Origin: Octopus bimaculoides
Lineage: Eukaryota
Assembly: GCF_001194135.2 (NCBI RefSeq)
Contig: NC_068985.1
Span: 71,811,194 to 71,875,193 of the forward strand
Length of the DNA stretch: 64,000 bases
Reading direction: 5' to 3'
Shown: positions 50,614 through 62,649 of the stretch, one piece after another
Layout: each line of letters starts with the position of its first letter
Position numbering within the stretch: the first letter of the stretch is position 1
The notes under the pieces: model-generated
Told to the model about the DNA's origin: nothing
The model's database searches: none
What the model saw: only the letters and a program-made list of their open reading frames with translations
Position numbers and translations under genes: made by a program

Positions 50614-51920
50614 GTAAGTCCATTGGAGAGGAAAACAGCTAATTATGATTATACAGGGAAGATAGTGTTGGTGATAGTGGTGGCAGTGGTGCTGTTGGGT
50701 AACAAACAATTTGGAGGGAGTAGTAAGTAGTTGGAAATGGGAGAGAGAGGGAGTGGAGAAGAGTCAAAGGTCAATAGGGAAAATAGGAAAAAAATAACAG
50801 TCAGGACAAACAAAGCAAGCTAAATGCATTTCACTAAGCCAGATACAAAAACAAACATAACATTAAATGTTGACAATTTATGGTGGTGGCAACAGTGTTG
50901 ATGATGATGATGATGATGATGACCTTTTGTATTTGATTTCAGTACAAAGAAATCTATTTTCAAGTGTTAGCTTACAGCAGAGTGGCTGTATGCTATTTTC
51001 AGAAGTGTGTGTGTGTGTGTATGTGTGTGTACAAGTGCATGTGCACATGCATGAGAGAAAGATTTGTGTGATTATCTATATGTCTGTGTGTCCATCTTTG
51101 CAGGTCTGAGACAGAAAGACTGTGCATATGTTGATAAAAACAGTCATGACCAAATTATTAAAGAATTTCGTTTGCTATCATAAGTTTCTGGATTCAAATC
51201 CCATAATAGAGCATTTTGGTTAAATGACTTTTCTTATAAAAACAAAACGAAAAAAAAAAAATCTCAGCTTTGTGAGTGATATTTGGTAGAAGATTGTCAT
51301 ATGTGTAACTAGTAACTCATGTTGGGCATCATAGTCAAAACCAGAGCAAAAAGTGGGTTTTTCCGTTTTTAAAACATATGCAACATATTCACTCAGAGTG
51401 AGGAGAAACCAGAGTATAATTTCAAATTTTGGCACAAGGCCAGCAATTTCAGGAAGGGGTTAATTCGATTACATTCACCTCAGTGCTCAACTGGTTCCTA
51501 TTTTAGCGACCATGAATGGATGAAAAGCAGTCAGCCTCAGCAAAATTTGAACTTAGAATGTAAAGGTGAATGAAATACTGCTAAGCATTTTGTCCAGTGT
51601 GCTGATAATTCGGTCTGCTCACCACCTTACAAACAAATGCAATATATCAAATAACATATTTGAAACCTCTACAACCATAACTCAGTGAGGCAAGCTCTGC
51701 ATGGTTACATGATTTGCAAGAAATAGCAGGCAAAGCTCCCTTCTTGTCTTAGAAAAGGACAAACCCTTTTTTTTTAATGTTTTAGTATTGAACCTTGAAG
51801 CTATTGGTTAATCACATGGCAGGTTTCTCCACAGTTTCTGCCTGCCGAATGCCACTCACAACTTATTGGTTAACTCATGGTACCACACAGTGAGAGTTAT
51901 GTGGTTGTGAAGGGAGCTTC

Positions 51921-52134
51921 TTAACCCTTTAGCATTTAAACTGGCCACATGTGGCCGAGATACTCTGTTTTATGTACACACGGGCCAGATCTGGCATCTC
52001 ACACCTGCCCTACAATGTCATTCTAAAAATATACAATTACATCATTGAAATCTAAAAGTTACATGATTAATTCAAAATACTGCGGATAAATAAACATTAC
52101 ATTTGACAGAGAAATCTGAATGCTAATGGGTTAA
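51921..52134 (-). mobile_element. piggyBac-like MITE inserted at a TTAA within SINE A
   Basis: TTAA at 51921-51924 and 52131-52134; the flanks gggagcttc|ttaa...ttaa|tcacacagg rejoin the SINE A head. Confidence 0.85.
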
Positions 52135-53294
52135 TCACACAGGTCATGACTCCACCTATATTTTCTTTGATATACTGTTTGATAGAATAACAGCAGGTTA
52201 GTCTTGGTTAGGATATCCTTGGTTATAGGTCAGCTATTATCAAAGTTGACTGTGTTAAATATCAACAATAACAATGGCAACAGTACTGCGATAAAATTGG
52301 TGAAATAAAATAATGCAAAAATAAAAAAAAGATATTAATAGTTACAGAAGCAATTAGAAGAAAAAATTAACAACAACTGAAATTAACAAGGATGACAAAC
52401 CACAATCGTAAGAACAAGACCAACAACAATATGAACACGGAAGCCACAATAACAATATGAACACGACATGAACGCAACGTGAAGAAACATAAGAATTTGT
52501 CCAGCTCTTGGAAACCTCGTTTCACTGGAGATAATTGAGAAGGAAGTAAAGTCCAATTAAAAAAAGAAAAAAATGGGACAACTACTACTACTACTACTAC
52601 TACTTGCCTGTAATTGCTGTTCATTCAGGGTTATTCTAGGGCCAGAGGTTAATTTAAGCAACTCTGAATAATTGCTAACAGAAAAATGCTGGAATCAACA
52701 TTAGCACTCTAAAAATCTGCTGTTTAAATTTGCAATACAAATTTTCCCTCAGCTTCAAGTCTGAAGGAATTACCAAAGACATCTTTCTTTCTCTCCTGTC
52801 TCCCCATCTCTCTCTCTCTTTCCTTTTCCTACCTCTCCTCCCCTCCCTCTTTATGTCACCCTGTCTGTCTTCCTCTGTCTCATTTACTTTCTTTTTTTTT
52901 TTCTTCTTTGGTCTTAAAGAAAGAAACATTTGGAAACTGTTTTGTTTTCCAGTAGAATCCATTAATTCATTAGTGGCTTGTTTTAATGGAATGGATTTTT
53001 CCGATTTAAAACTTTAATATCGTTTCTTGTTTGTAGCCACTATTGTTTGTTTCTATTTGATTCAATTGTTGTCGCTGTGGTAATGAACTGATTTTTTTTC
53101 TTTTATATTGACTGATTTTTCTATGCTTTACTTCTGGGGAGATGGGAGCATATTCTTCAGATAGTTTTGTTGATGCTGAGCATTGAGCACAGATATTGAG
53201 CAGTATGAGGCTGAAAGAAGCTTCCTATCAACCAAATTCACTAACCAGTTTGAACTCTCATTAGTAGTAGTAGTAGTAGAAGTTACTGTTGCTG

Positions 53295-53965
53295 TTGCTT
53301 AGCCCTTGGTCAACCTTCATTGAGCAGATCATAGATCAAAAGTCATTTTGTATATTAAGCACTACATAATCCAGTGTTGTTCCCCCCCACTTCTATTTTT
53401 TAAGATCGCAAGGTTTGTTGACTTGAGGGTAATGTAACAGCTATTTCTAGAAAGTTAACTAATTGCGTTCAAGCTTTCTGGTTGGCTTGATTCAGTTTTG
53501 TATTATTCAATCTCTTTATCATCCATCCATCTTACCTTCTTCAGAGGTTCTATAATCAAAAGCATTCCACCCATGATCATCCTGTCATTTTGTATATCAA
53601 AGACTAAATTTTCTAATGTGTCATTCCACTTATTTTAAAGTTAGTATGGTGTGAATTGAAGATAATTTGGCTGTTATTACTAGCAGTTGAAGTGGTTGCA
53701 TAGACTTCTTTGTTGGCTCATTTTGGTTTTCTGTAATTTTATTTAGCCCTAGGTTTGCCCACATTGAGCAGACCCCTATGATCAAAGGCATTTCAGCTAT
53801 GATTCTCTTACCCCTTCCCTCTACCTTTTTTTTTTTATTCAGAAACTGTGCATGTATTTAGGACTGCATCATCTAATATGTCCTAACAGTGAGTTGGAAA
53901 TTGAAGGATATTTGGCTGTTATGGTTTAATTACAGGTCAAGCCACAACATAGGAGCTCCCTCCCT
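53295..53965 (+). repeat. Three tandem copies of unclassified short repeat family D
   Basis: Recurring gagcaga..atgatcaaaggcatt.cagc and ttggctg.tatt.ctagcag blocks; further copies at about 49325-49530, 51680-51750(-), 57870-58040(-). Confidence 0.55.
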
Positions 53966-54424
53966 CATTGATTCAAATAATTCCTTCAGTTTCAGAGAGA
54001 TTCATTGAATTATAGTGCTCAACTTAGGAGTTGATGAGAAAATTTTCCTAGATCTGTAAAGAGTAAAAATGTCAAATATTTTACAATATTGCATGACATA
54101 ATGAATTCCTCTAACATCAATCTAGTTTGACAGAGTAGAAACAGCATCCAATGAAACTGGTGGCGGCTTGTGCGTGCAATAATTAGTCTATGATAGAGAT
54201 TTTGTAGAGTTTGATATATTGAATTATTGTAAGCAGGGCCAATGAGAAGAGACTGCAAGTGGCTACATTGTACACAGACTTGGAAATTTCCTGGGATTTG
54301 AACATTTTTGCATATACTAAAGATCTGTTCACAGAAAGGAAAGAAATCTGGAAAAAAAATTGTGTATTCCTTGATAACATTCCTGTCAGAATCTCTAACC
54401 ATGAGGAGAGAAGAATATAATGGG

Positions 54425-54892
54425 TTAATCCTTTAGCATTCAGTTTACTTTGTCATATGTACATTATATATTCCATAGTCTGGCTGACTGTTGGGGCACC
54501 ACTGCTGACTTTGCGACCAGATCACTCCACCCATCTCTGTCTTCTGCCTCTCGCACTGTGTCTTTCATCTTTAAGCCTGTCCTCTCATGGAGGTTGTTTT
54601 TCCACCTCTTTTTCTGTCTACCTCTGCATCTGCCACCTTTCACTGTTCCCTGAAGGATTGTTTTGGCCATCCCTACAAGATGACAATCAGAGTTGTCATA
54701 TGTACTACTTATTGATTCAGAGTGTTTTGAAATAATCATGCATTATCTTGTGGCTTTGGGGTTTCACTGATGTTGTTTACTTTTAGACTGACACAGCAGG
54801 GTAGATGCAAGAGGCTGGATCTGGCTGGTTTAAATGTAAAACAGGTAGAATATTTCGGCTAGGTATCACCAATTTGAATGCTAAAGGGTTAA
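54425..54892 (+). mobile_element. piggyBac-like MITE split by an RTE 3' end
   Basis: ttaatcctttagcattcag at 54425 and aatgctaaagggttaa ending at 54892. Confidence 0.85.
54463..54692 (-). mobile_element. 5'-truncated RTE-clade LINE 3' end with a perfect 13-bp TSD
   Basis: TSD ttgtcatatgtac at 54450-54462 and 54693-54705; reads GMAKTILQGTVKGGRCRGRQKKRWKNNLHERTGL...AEDRDGW. Confidence 0.9.
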
Positions 54893-54994
54893 GACATTTG
54901 CTCTTCATATAAGAATAAAGGAGAAAGAGGACACCACTTTTTCTCTCCTCCTCTGATGAAGTAAAACACTAAATCCTTCTCACTTTGCAGCAAG

Positions 54995-55052
54995 CTCTTC
55001 TATAAAGTCACCCTCTTCTATAAAGTCACCCTCTTCTATAAAGTCACCCTCT
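54995..55052. repeat. Perfect 18-bp tandem repeat, 3.2 copies
   Basis: ctcttctataaagtcacc at 54995, 55013 and 55031. Confidence 0.9.
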
Positions 55053-55122
55053 ATTCTTTGACTTCTTTCAGTCATTTGATTGTGGCCATGCTAGAGCACC
55101 ACTTTTCTTTACCATTTTTTAG

Positions 55123-55216
55123 TTTTGTTGTTTTCTTTAAACATAAATTTGTCAAATAATTAATCTTTCTATAACTTTTATTCATATACTTATTTTCTTT
55201 TCTTTTGCAGGTAAGT
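55123..55216 (+). promoter_or_regulatory. Strong 3' splice site abutting a consensus 5' splice site (candidate recursive splice point)
   Basis: cttattttcttttcttttgcag|gtaagt; no AG between 55123 and 55208. Confidence 0.45.
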
Positions 55217-55771
55217 TGTTGACCTTGGTGAAATATAATAATAATAATGACTGCCTGGTGGATTATTTTCCTTGAGCTTTTGACAGTTTATTGGGTATGT
55301 TTGTTTTTCTTCTGAGGTATTCTTTCAAAAACACAAACTAACACCGCAACATAAAAACACAGCTACCATGTTAACTGCCACCTACAGCGACAGCAGCAGA
55401 AGTAGCAGCATCTACAACAAACAAAAATTACAGTCTGATGGAATATTGACTGACTTAATAGATACTGAGATATGTATGCTTTTTTTTTTGCTTTTTTTTC
55501 CCCCCAACTTTTCTAATTAACATTTTCGTTGTACAGTAGATCTAAAAACTGACTGACTGATAGCTAATTAAAAGTATTAACAAGGAGAACTTAAAAGAAT
55601 CATATGATAGCTGTAATAACTGAAATAGGAAATTAACCATATGACAAGGCAACTGCATCGTAAAAGAAGTTCTGATTTCTACTCCTTTTCCATCTCGTCT
55701 TTCCCATCATTTATTATCTTCATCATCATCCCCACCACCAGCTCCACAGTAACAACAACAACAACAACAAC

Positions 55772-55803
<32 letters not shown>

Positions 55804-56259
55804 TAATAACAAATGATAACAACACTGTTAATTATAATAAATGAAATAAAATAGATGTAATGTCTGTTTTTCCTATTCTCACTGTGCATTAGAAATCTTG
55901 TCTTACTGAAGGGTATTGAGATCTAGTAATCATTAGATGATACAGAGCATAAGTAGGTAGAGGTGGTAGGTTTATTATATGTGCGTGTTTGTGTGTATTC
56001 TATATCCTTTCTAGCATTAACTACAGTATATGAGAGAGAGATTTATTTTGGCATGAATCCATTAAGTTACAAGGTAAGGAGTATAGTTGACTGAATTGGT
56101 CCTTGTGCATCACTGGTGTGTATTTTATCAACCCCAAGGAAGACAAACTTGTGAAGGCACTTCTATGTAACTGTTGCTAGATTTGCTTGAAATAGCAGCC
56201 AAATCTCACTGAAATCACTTCATACAATGTTCTCTGCACTTCAGAGCTGCCAGGTTCTT

Positions 56260-56470
56260 GTAACACTTGCCGCTCAGCCACTTTCAACTCATGCAGCTCT
56301 TCTCTCTCAACAAGCATGTTGTGTTCTTCCTATCTCCTAGGCTCTGCACTAACAACTGTGCAGGCCTTTCTCTCCAGAACATTGAACCTCTGGAATTCCT
56401 TCTCTTCACATGTTTTCCAGCAATCATAGACATCCAGCAGTTTAAGGAGTGAGGTGGCATTAACAGCATC
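56260..56470 (+). mobile_element. CR1/L2-like LINE 3' remnant
   Basis: PRLCTNN...FLSRTLNLWNSF...CFPAIIDIQQFK across frameshifts. Confidence 0.55.
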
Positions 56471-57107
56471 TGTTGTACTAATCTTGAAGGGCCTTTGCAC
56501 TCCTTGGCCACAACCTCTTCCTTTAAATTTAATTATTAAGAAAGCAATATAAATGATATTGTGATCAAATACACCATGACCCCCTTCTCTGTCACTTGGT
56601 GTAAATGCCACTAAGCATTTTGCTCAGCATGCTAATGATTCTGCCAACTCACTGCCTTAATAATAATAATAATAATCATCATCCTTTCTACTGGATGCAC
56701 AAGGCTTGAAATTTCTGGAGAGTGGGATAATCGATTGCATTAACCCCAGTGCTCAACTGGTGCTTATTTTATTGACCTCAAAAGGATGAAAGGCAAAGTT
56801 GGCCCCAGCGGAATTTGAACTCAGAACGTTAAAACAGCCAAAACATGACTAAGCATTTTGCTCAGCATGATAATGATTCTGCCAGCACACCACCTTAATA
56901 ATAATTATATTTTCTTTAATACCAATTATAAATTAAAAGATGCACACATCTATTCCCCATGTGTATACAGATAATCCATCCCCACCACCAGACAAACTAA
57001 CTGATAATCCAACTCAGTGATAAATTATACTAGAAAGAATTGAAAAAGATAAACGGAATTCATTAAAAACTGAGGAATTTCTAGAAGTAAGATTTATGTA
57101 TATATAT

Positions 57108-57720
57108 ATCATCATCATCATCATCATCATCATCGTTTAACGTCCGCCTTCCATGCTAGCATGGGTTGGACGATTTGACTGAGGACTGGTGAAACCGGAT
57201 GGCAACACCAGGCTCCAATCTAATTTGGCAGAGTTTCTAAAGCTGGATGCCCTTCCTAACGCCAACCACTCAGAGNNNNNNNNNNNNNNNNNNNNNNNNN
57301 NNNNNNNNNNNNNNNNNNNNNNNNNNNNNNNNNNNNNNNNNNNNNNNNNNNNNNNNNNNNNNNNNNNNNNNNNNNNNNNNNNNNNNNNNNNNNNNNNNNN
57401 NNNNNNNNNNNNNNNNNNNNNNNNNNNNNNNNNNNNNNNNNNNNNNNNNNNNNNNNNNNNNNNNNNNNNCCCGCACAAGAGCCAGTCCAGGGGCACCGGC
57501 AACGATCTCGCTCGAAAAACCTCATGTGTCACTCGCACAAGAGCCAGTCCATGGGCACTGGCAACGATCTCGCACGAAAGATTTCATGTGTCGCCCACAC
57601 ATGGGCCAGTCCGGGGGCACTGGCAAACGATCCCGCTTGAAAGACCCCATGTGTCGCCCGCAAGCCGGCCCAGGGGCACCGGCAACGATCTCGCTCAAAA
57701 GAGTTCATGTGTCGCCCGCA
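57108..57720 (-). mobile_element. Young RTE 3' UTR with a CpG-rich ~62-bp minisatellite, inserted in (TA)n
   Basis: (CAT)n tail at 57108-57133; 2 mismatches versus the 4047-4206 copy over about 145 nt; repeat units 57470-57530, 57531-57592, 57593-57655, 57656-57713; gap 57276-57469. Confidence 0.85.
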
Positions 57721-59064
57721 TATATATATATATATATATATATTTTGATGAAATGGTGTTTACAGAAAACCAACTCTCATTCAGTGTAGCAATATGATTT
57801 CTTGTAATCTGCTGTCTATATCAGGGCAGCTCTGCTACAGAAATACATTCAAAGGATACTGCCGAGAATTTCCAGAGAAAATTGTCCATTACCATTACCA
57901 TTACTATCTATAAATTGAAGACAAGCTAGTGTGGCAGGCCTCTGTGTGGTTACTCTATTTGCTAGAAATAGTTGTCAAATCTCCCTTAAGTCATATCTTA
58001 TCATCTTAAAAAGAGGGTTTGTTGGATATTATGGTCCTAGGTTCTCTATCATCATCATCATCATTATCATTTAACGTTCGTTTTCCATGCTGACATGGAT
58101 TGGATGGCTTGACAGGAGCTGGCTAAGCAGAAGACTGCACCAGGCTTCACTGTTTCCTGGCATGGTCTTTAGCGCTGGATGACCTTCCTAACACCAACCA
58201 CCTTGCAGAGTTGACTGAATGCTTTTTACATGGCACCAGCACCAGTAAGGCCTGTTTTGGCATGGTTTTTACAGCTAGATGCCTTTCTAAGCACCAACCA
58301 CTTTACAATGTGGACTGGATGCTTTTTTATGTGGCACCAGCACTAGCAGGTCTCTACACATAGGACAAAAAAAGAAAAGAGAGGATGCTCATTGCTGGAA
58401 TATCTTTGATCAAGGATGTATTTTGTGAGGGGTGACTTGCCTGAACAACTACAAAAAAAACAACCCAGTCTTTTACTCTGTCACTTGCAATACTTTTATG
58501 CTTTAGTGCATCACACTGCTTGCAAGCAACTCTGCTTATAAAATTGCATCAGAGCCACCTAGTCTCTTGTTACCACTCCATAATCAAGATAGCTTAGCAT
58601 GCATACCTGCATGCCGACACATTACCAGCTTACATCAACTTATAACTTCACACTGGAAACATACCAGAACTCACTCTCTCACCAAATCTTTCTATTTTTT
58701 TATGCTTGCAATTAGTTACACATACATCATCATCAAGTATTTTCTACTCGCAGCGGGTTGAATTCCAGGGTTTGCTATCGTGTTCTTTCATGGGACCAGC
58801 AAAAATAAGTTAAGATAATAGCATTAGGAAAAACAAAAGAAAGCAAATCTGCCCTCCTATTAAACTAATGGAAACATCAACCACAAAAATAACACAGTAT
58901 GTACTAACTATATCATCATATTAAGCCTATTTAATACTTATTTCAGCTTTGTCTGTGTGTGTGCACATGTGTGTGTATGTGTGTGCACATGTGTGTGTGT
59001 AACCTAAATGTAAAAAAATAATTTGGAATAGAAATAAGCTATTTTAATACATTAATATTAAATT

Positions 59065-59127
59065 ATTTCTATATATACATATATAGTACATATATACGTA
59101 TATATAGTACATATATATGTGTATATA

Positions 59128-59160
<33 letters not shown>

Positions 59161-59420
59161 NNNNNNNNNNNNNNNNNNNNNNNNNNNNNNNNNNNNNNNN
59201 NNNNNNNNNNNNNNNNNNNNNNNNNNNNNNNNNNNNNNNNNNNNNNNNNNNNNNNNNNNNNNNNNNNNNNTATATATAGTACATATATATATATATGTAT
59301 ATATAGTACATATATATATGTATATATAGTACATATATATATGTATATATAGTACATATATATATGTATATATAGTACATATATATATGTATATATAGTA
59401 CACACACACACATATATATA
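59065..59420. repeat. (TA)n-derived minisatellite, unit about 20-22 bp (tatatagtacatatatatatg)
   Basis: Read directly; spans N-gap 59161-59270. Confidence 0.85.
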
Positions 59421-60112
59421 GTACAATTTATTAATACTAAATCTATTTCCTTTTTTCTTCAATATTGTAATTTCACCCTTTTTGTTATTACTGTTTTTTT
59501 CTCTTTGCTTTAAATACATATGTTCCCTTGTTATAAAATATTTATATTCCTTCAATTTTTTTTTATTAGTTATTTATGTCTTTTAATTCAAGTGTCATCA
59601 TCATCATTATCTTCATTATTGACAAAGACATTGGTAAAATTAATGTTTTAAAATCAGATAAAAAAAAAAAATCACTTCAGGTTCTTTTTTTTTTTTTCTA
59701 TGAAAATATACCATTTTCATATTTTTTGTTTTGTTTTGTTTTGTTTTTTTCAACCTAAGCATAAAACTATTTTCCCATCATCGATGTTCTCAAAATAAAT
59801 TACAAAATAAATCACTAAAGAAATAAATACATAAATAAAACCAAAAGTACTAACAAAAATACAGAGAAGCAGTGTTTAATAGTCTTTTGACAGTCTAGAG
59901 ATAGCATTTGTGTGTGTGACTGAGTTATGGATATCTGTTTATATTATTTAAAGAACCTAAGCTAGATTTCTTTAAATTGCCTTATATCCATCCATTCATC
60001 TATCCTTCTATCCAGCCATCCACCCACACACCTGCCCATCCATTAGCTCTTCAAAGAACAGTAATTATTTGTATATTGAGTTCTAACGAACATTTAATTG
60101 TTCTGCAAAGTA

Positions 60113-60310
60113 CAATCTTGTGGCTCTGTGGTAAGAAGCTTGTTTCCCCACCACATGGTTTGGGGTTCAGTCTCATTGCATTGCACCTTGGGCAAGTGTC
60201 TTCTACTATAGCCTTGGGTCGACCAAAACCTTGTGAGTGGAATTGGTAAATGGAAACTGAAAGAAGCCCCTAAATACTGAGGCTGATTTGTTCAACTAGA
60301 ACCCTTCAAG
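60113..60310 (+). mobile_element. SINE family A, 5' part with internal deletion
   Basis: gtggctctgtggtaagaagcttg...caccttgggcaagtgtcttctactatagcc...ggaaactgaaagaagcccc. Confidence 0.8.
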
Positions 60311-60734
60311 ACAGTGAACCACAATTCCTTATGGCTGAAATTCGGCAGATGAAAACTGTGTGGAATCCCAGAGTGAGTTAGCATAGATACCTCATTGCAG
60401 CTTTGTCCTTAAAGGGGTGTAACTCAATATACATATGTAAAATGAGGCATTTGATATATGGAGGTCAATCAAATGAATTGCATCCAAACTACTGGGGGAT
60501 TGATGATATCATTTTCTAAAGCCATTTGAAAGTTATATCTTACAATGACTGTAATTCAGTAATTGAAACTATTAAAAGAGTAAAAGAATATATATTCATG
60601 GGAAATTTTGATCGGGGACTGTTGCTGTTGTCGCAGTTGCTTCCAGAATCAAAGAGAGAGAGTCAATGAGAGATTGAAGAGAGGATGATGATTCCCTTTA
60701 AGAGGAGAACGACTGAGCTCTGTTTAGTTACAGG

Positions 60735-61070
60735 ATGCCTTTTGGCAAGGTACAGTTCTATTCAGCCATTCTATGGGGGATATGGCCAAGTCATAGGGCT
60801 GCAGCATGGCAGATTGGGAAGAGATAGCAGAAGAATTCAACTGAGCCAATGGTGCTTCTTACAGTGATGCTGAATGGAGGAATCTTAGAAGGTCAATGGT
60901 CTGGGTCATCAAAGTCTATCAAAAGAGTAACTGCAATGCATCCATAGGGGTGGCATCCACAGTTGTGTAATCAACTAATGAGAGGTTCACTATGACTCAA
61001 GCTTCCAATTCAAATTCATTGCAATGGAACTGGATGGAAACAGGGGGTCATGGGAATCCGCAAAAGCAGT
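60735..61070 (-). repeat. Unclassified interspersed repeat (homolog of 13797-14150)
   Basis: See 13797-14150. Confidence 0.7.
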
Positions 61071-61634
61071 AAAGAAAGAAAATATATTAAACATCTCTAC
61101 TACCAACACTAATGCTACAAACACCACCTCTAACATGACCAATATCTACAACCCCAACAACGCTACTCAATAACACGAGTAACATTGCTAACCACCCCAC
61201 AGTAACCACTGTGAACAACAACCATTACATGCTAACAAGGAAGCCTCTGTATGGTTGTTTTACCTACTAGGAGTAGTTTCATCGATGCATGCCCCTAAAT
61301 AGATGAGATGATCATGACTGGAATGCTTTTGATTATAGATTTGCTCAGTCACCACCACCACCACCACTTCAACAACACCATCAAGGATATTACAAACAGT
61401 ACTATCACCACCACCTCCACCACACCTCTTCCTATTATACCCACCCCCTCATCTATTTGCAGATAATGTTCTTATCTGTCCTCCTCAAGCTTCTCTACCA
61501 TTTAATTTGCTCCTATGTAATTGATAGTATCTTTACCTTACTCTTATCTATCATCTTAATTACATAATGTTGTTTCAGTGTATACCTAAAGAATTTTAGG
61601 TTCTCTTTCTTTGGTTTTGGTTTGTGGTTTTCAT

Positions 61635-62005
61635 TCCCTTACCAATTCTACCATTGTATATATGTGTTTGTGTATGTTTGTATCTCTAACTTCCCTTTAC
61701 CATTTCATCCACCGCCACCATCTATCTCTTTCTATCTCTTTTCTACAGCTGTCTGTATATATATGTATGTGTTTCCTTATCATTTCATCTACTACCATTC
61801 TTTTTTCTCTCTCACCATTTCTACCATTGTGTATGAGCATCTCTTTCTTTTAGCATTTTATCCAATACCACGTCTCTCTTCAACAATAAATTCTACCACT
61901 GGATGTGTCTCTCTTACTATTTTGTCTACCACCATACATCTCTCTCTCCCTTACAATTCCTCCACCACCACCACCACCCTCTCTCTGTGTCTCTCTGTGT
62001 ATTTT
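61635..62005. repeat. Degenerate two-subunit tandem array
   Basis: Alternating ttaccatttcatctaccaccat-(ct)n and ttctaccatt-(gt)n blocks. Confidence 0.45.
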
Positions 62006-62649
62006 GAGTAATTCTTCATTGCACTCACAACAGCACTGTGATTTTGAATGTGTGGCATATGAGTATCTATAGCAACACCTGGCACCAGTAAAACACCTGT
62101 TTCTATTAGATAATCCCTAAAAAAAAAACTTAAAAGTAAGAAAGGTAAGTTTGATTGAGTGCCAAAGGTTGGTTGCTACTGGCATTGAAATAATTGAATT
62201 GGTGGTGTTAGCTTACTGTGAGAATCAATGTGAAGGACAGTGAGATATCTTCCCTCGAAAAACAATTCTTCCTTCTTTTACTGGTTTCAGTCAATAGAGC
62301 AGATAACATTTGGGTATCACCTTCTAGTCTCTTATCTCATCCTCCACCTCCATTCCAATATTGCTACTGAGCTGTATACACTGTATTGATTGATGTTTAT
62401 GTTATCAACTATGAAAAGATGAAAGGCAAAGATGGGATTTGAAACCAGAATGTAAAGGGACTTAATCAAATACTACAAGGTATTTTGACCAACACCCTAT
62501 TGATCCTGTTCTCTATTTTGTTTGTTCTCTATATTCATTTTGAATTAGTCAAAGGTAAAGCAGTATGATTTGGCCTTTGTAAGTTCTCACTCTGTTAGAT
62601 CGATGAGGTTAATGCTCAGCCTGAAGTATTTGCAGATTATAGTGTTTGT

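Noticed and set aside
57470-57720. CRISPR-like or coding-repeat interpretation of the ~62-bp array (ORFs 57189-57797 and 57247-57789)
   Set aside because: Units are contiguous without unique spacers, there are no cas genes, the context is eukaryotic, and the ORFs are held open by an N-gap; the units are homologous to the RTE 3' UTR repeats.
585-59555. Numerous ORF-track entries rich in YI, CV, HT, RE, poly-L, poly-N or containing X runs
   Set aside because: They are translations of (TA)n, (CA)n, (GA)n, (TAA)n tracts or N-gaps, with no domain signal.
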